This document shows, in pieces, positions 26,362 through 28,215 of a stretch of DNA of 28,215 bases. Positions within the stretch are counted from its first letter, which is position 1; each line of letters opens with the position of its first letter. The translations under genes and the position numbers were made by a program. The notes under the pieces were generated by a model. The model did not search any database. It had not been told where the DNA came from and saw only the letters and a program-made list of their open reading frames with translations. Location: the NCBI GenBank assembly GCA_044229145.1, contig JBGATO010000051.1:1-28215 (forward strand), written 5' to 3'. This DNA comes from Candidatus Eiseniibacteriota bacterium (GTDB lineage Bacteria > Eisenbacteria > RBG-16-71-46 > CAZEPH01).

Positions 26362-27366
26362 ATGCAGAGCTTTTCGCACCGTCCACGTCACGCCGGCCTC
26401 CTCGCCCTCGCGCTAGCAGGTGCGCTGGGCGGCGCACTGCATGCCGGTGCGGCAGAGTCGACCCCGCAATTCGTGCGGGAATGGGGGAAGTTCGGCATCG
26501 GACCGGGCGAATTCAACTACCCGTACGGGATCGAAGTTGCCCCCAACGGCAACGTCTACGTCGCGGACACGGTGAATAACCGCATTCAGGTGTTCAACAG
26601 CACGGGCGAGTTTCTCTACATGTGGGGCAGCACGGGCTCCGGCCCAGGGCAATTCCAATTGCCGGTGGCCCTGGCATTCAACGCGGTCGGCGACGTGTAC
26701 GTCGCGGATTTCGCGAACTACCGGGTACAGAAATTCACGTCTGCCGGGCAATTCCTCCTCAGCTTTGGGGAGGGCGGCACAGGCGACGGGCAGTTTGGCC
26801 GCAGCACTTCGAGCGCCGCGGGTCCGCGCGGCATCGCCGTCGACAGCAACGGCGACGTCTACGTGAGCGATCAGGGCAACTATCGGGTGCAGAAGTTTTC
26901 GGGATCTGGACAATTCCTGACGAAATGGGGCTCGTATGGTTCAGGGGCGGGTCAATTCTCGCAGATTTCGGGCATCACCGCCGACACGGCAGGGAATGTG
27001 TACGTGACAGACGAAGAGAACAACCACACGCAGGAGTTCACCAGCTACGGGATCTACCGCGTGACGTTGCAGCACGAATTCAATGAACGCCCACGCGACG
27101 CGGCACTCCTCCCCGATGGGCAACTCGCGGTGCTGGTGGGCGCATGCGGCATCGACGTCTTTGCCCCACTCGGCACGTTCGTCTCGAATTGGGGTGCATG
27201 CGGCGACTCTCTCGGCCAGTTGTATGGTCCGTTCGGCATGTCCGTGGACCCCAAGGGTAACTACTTCGTCGCCGACACCTATGCGCATCGCATCGAAGTA
27301 TTTCACGATGACAGCGTGCCGGTACGCGCTACGAGTTGGGGCGCCATCAAGGCGATCTACCGATGA
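26362..27366 (+). CDS. Secreted NHL-repeat 6-bladed beta-propeller with C-terminal SWGAIKAIYR motif, 334 aa
   Basis: AGGAGG SD, ATG at 26362, signal peptide ending AGA-A. Repeats of WG..GxGxGQF..PxGIA....GxVYVADxxNxRVQxF. Confidence 0.92.
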   Translation: MQSFSHRPRHAGLLALALAGALGGALHAGAAESTPQFVREWGKFGIGPGEFNYPYGIEVAPNGNVYVADTVNNRIQVFNSTGEFLYMWGSTGSGPGQFQLPVALAFNAVGDVYVADFANYRVQKFTSAGQFLLSFGEGGTGDGQFGRSTSSAAGPRGIAVDSNGDVYVSDQGNYRVQKFSGSGQFLTKWGSYGSGAGQFSQISGITADTAGNVYVTDEENNHTQEFTSYGIYRVTLQHEFNERPRDAALLPDGQLAVLVGACGIDVFAPLGTFVSNWGACGDSLGQLYGPFGMSVDPKGNYFVADTYAHRIEVFHDDSVPVRATSWGAIKAIYR

Positions 27367-28215
27367 AGATTCGCTCGGCGGGGTCACGCCTTGTGGGAAT
27401 AGTCGTTGCTCAGGCGCTGCTGCTGCGCACTCTGGGTGTTGCGATGGCACAGTGTCCGATCAACGTGAAAGACCACCACGCGGTCAGCAACACCCCCACG
27501 GTCAGCCAACATCCGGCGTTTCGAGAGGCGATCACCGCCGCCCTCGCCACCGGCTGCCATGAAGTCTACGTCCCGAAGGGCACCTACTACATCGATGGGC
27601 AAGTCTACGGCTATTGGTGGCGCGGGGATTTCCGCGGCGTCGATCTGCCCAGTGATTTTCGCATGATCTTGGCCCCCGGGGCCGTGCTCAAGGCAATTCA
27701 TCAGACACTTGACCCGACCGCAAGCTACACCCTCCTCCGCGCGTTTGGCGTGCACGACGTCACAATCCGCGGCGGAACCCTGCTGGGCGTTCGCGATGAG
27801 CATTCGCCCTACGACACGGCGGAAAACGGCATTGGCCTCGATATTCGCGGCAGCCAGCGCGTGCTGGTGGAGGATCTCACGAGCACCCATCACTGGGCCT
27901 ATGGCCTTTACATAGGGAAGTGCGGATCCACGCACAGCTTCACCAGCCAGCAGCCGCAGTGTCCCGAGGGCGGCGATTCGTTGTCGCACACGATTACAAT
28001 TCGGCGCTGCGTGTTCGACGACAATCGCGCGATGGGCTGCCTGATCACCGAGGGACGGGACCTGACGATCACGGGCTGCACCTTTTCCCGGACGTTGGCG
28101 CCCGCGCCGCCTGCCGGCGTGAGCTACGTATCGCCGTCGATGGGCCTGCGACTGGAGAGCGCGCAAGCGGACACCAGCACGGGTTGGGGGACGTACCTCA
28201 CGCAGAGCGCGATCG
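27363..28215 (+). CDS. Third secreted right-handed beta-helix paralog (partial, runs off the right edge)
   Basis: Manual translation from ATG at 27363 (ATGA overlap): MKIRSAGSRLVGIVVAQALLLRTLGVAMA-QCPINVKD...CHEVYVPKGTY...LAPGAVLKA...DVTIRGGTLLG.R...GLDIRGSQRVLVED...ITIRRCVFDDN. Open to the window end and aligns with the 24455 protein. Confidence 0.88.
   Translation, partial: MKIRSAGSRLVGIVVAQALLLRTLGVAMAQCPINVKDHHAVSNTPTVSQHPAFREAITAALATGCHEVYVPKGTYYIDGQVYGYWWRGDFRGVDLPSDFRMILAPGAVLKAIHQTLDPTASYTLLRAFGVHDVTIRGGTLLGVRDEHSPYDTAENGIGLDIRGSQRVLVEDLTSTHHWAYGLYIGKCGSTHSFTSQQPQCPEGGDSLSHTITIRRCVFDDNRAMGCLITEGRDLTITGCTFSRTLAPAPPAGVSYVSPSMGLRLESAQADTSTGWGTYLTQSAI

Overview
High-GC bacterial DNA, densely coding, with no rRNA, tRNA, CRISPR array or transposase that I could recognise. 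Several secreted proteins end in FlgD-Ig/T9SS-like tails and one ends in 'SWGAIKAIYR', which suggests (inference only) an FCB-related candidate lineage such as Eisenbacteria, Krumholzibacteria or Latescibacteria. Left to right: partial thiD; bioY-GNAT-secreted alpha/beta hydrolase; a tandem universal stress protein; a Cys-rich secreted FlgD-tail protein; a PAS hybrid histidine kinase converging on a sigma54 (NtrC-type) regulator that is coupled to a PAS-HisKA protein lacking an ATPase domain; a 34-aa membrane peptide; patatin plus an Ig/IPT/beta-helix lipoprotein; a 1428-aa multi-propeller secreted protein; a toxin-antitoxin-like pair (small protein plus nucleotidyltransferase); selB-MOSC-VOC; then a lower-GC operon of three paralogous secreted right-handed beta-helix proteins plus an NHL protein, running off the right edge. 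Main leads: (1) a G8 tract puts the first beta-helix gene out of frame with its signal peptide (phase-variation switch or homopolymer error); (2) two types of C-terminal sorting tail; (3) a possible phosphorelay using a DHp-only protein; (4) the leaderless nucleotidyltransferase module. thiD and the last beta-helix gene are missing from the supplied ORF track and were translated by hand.
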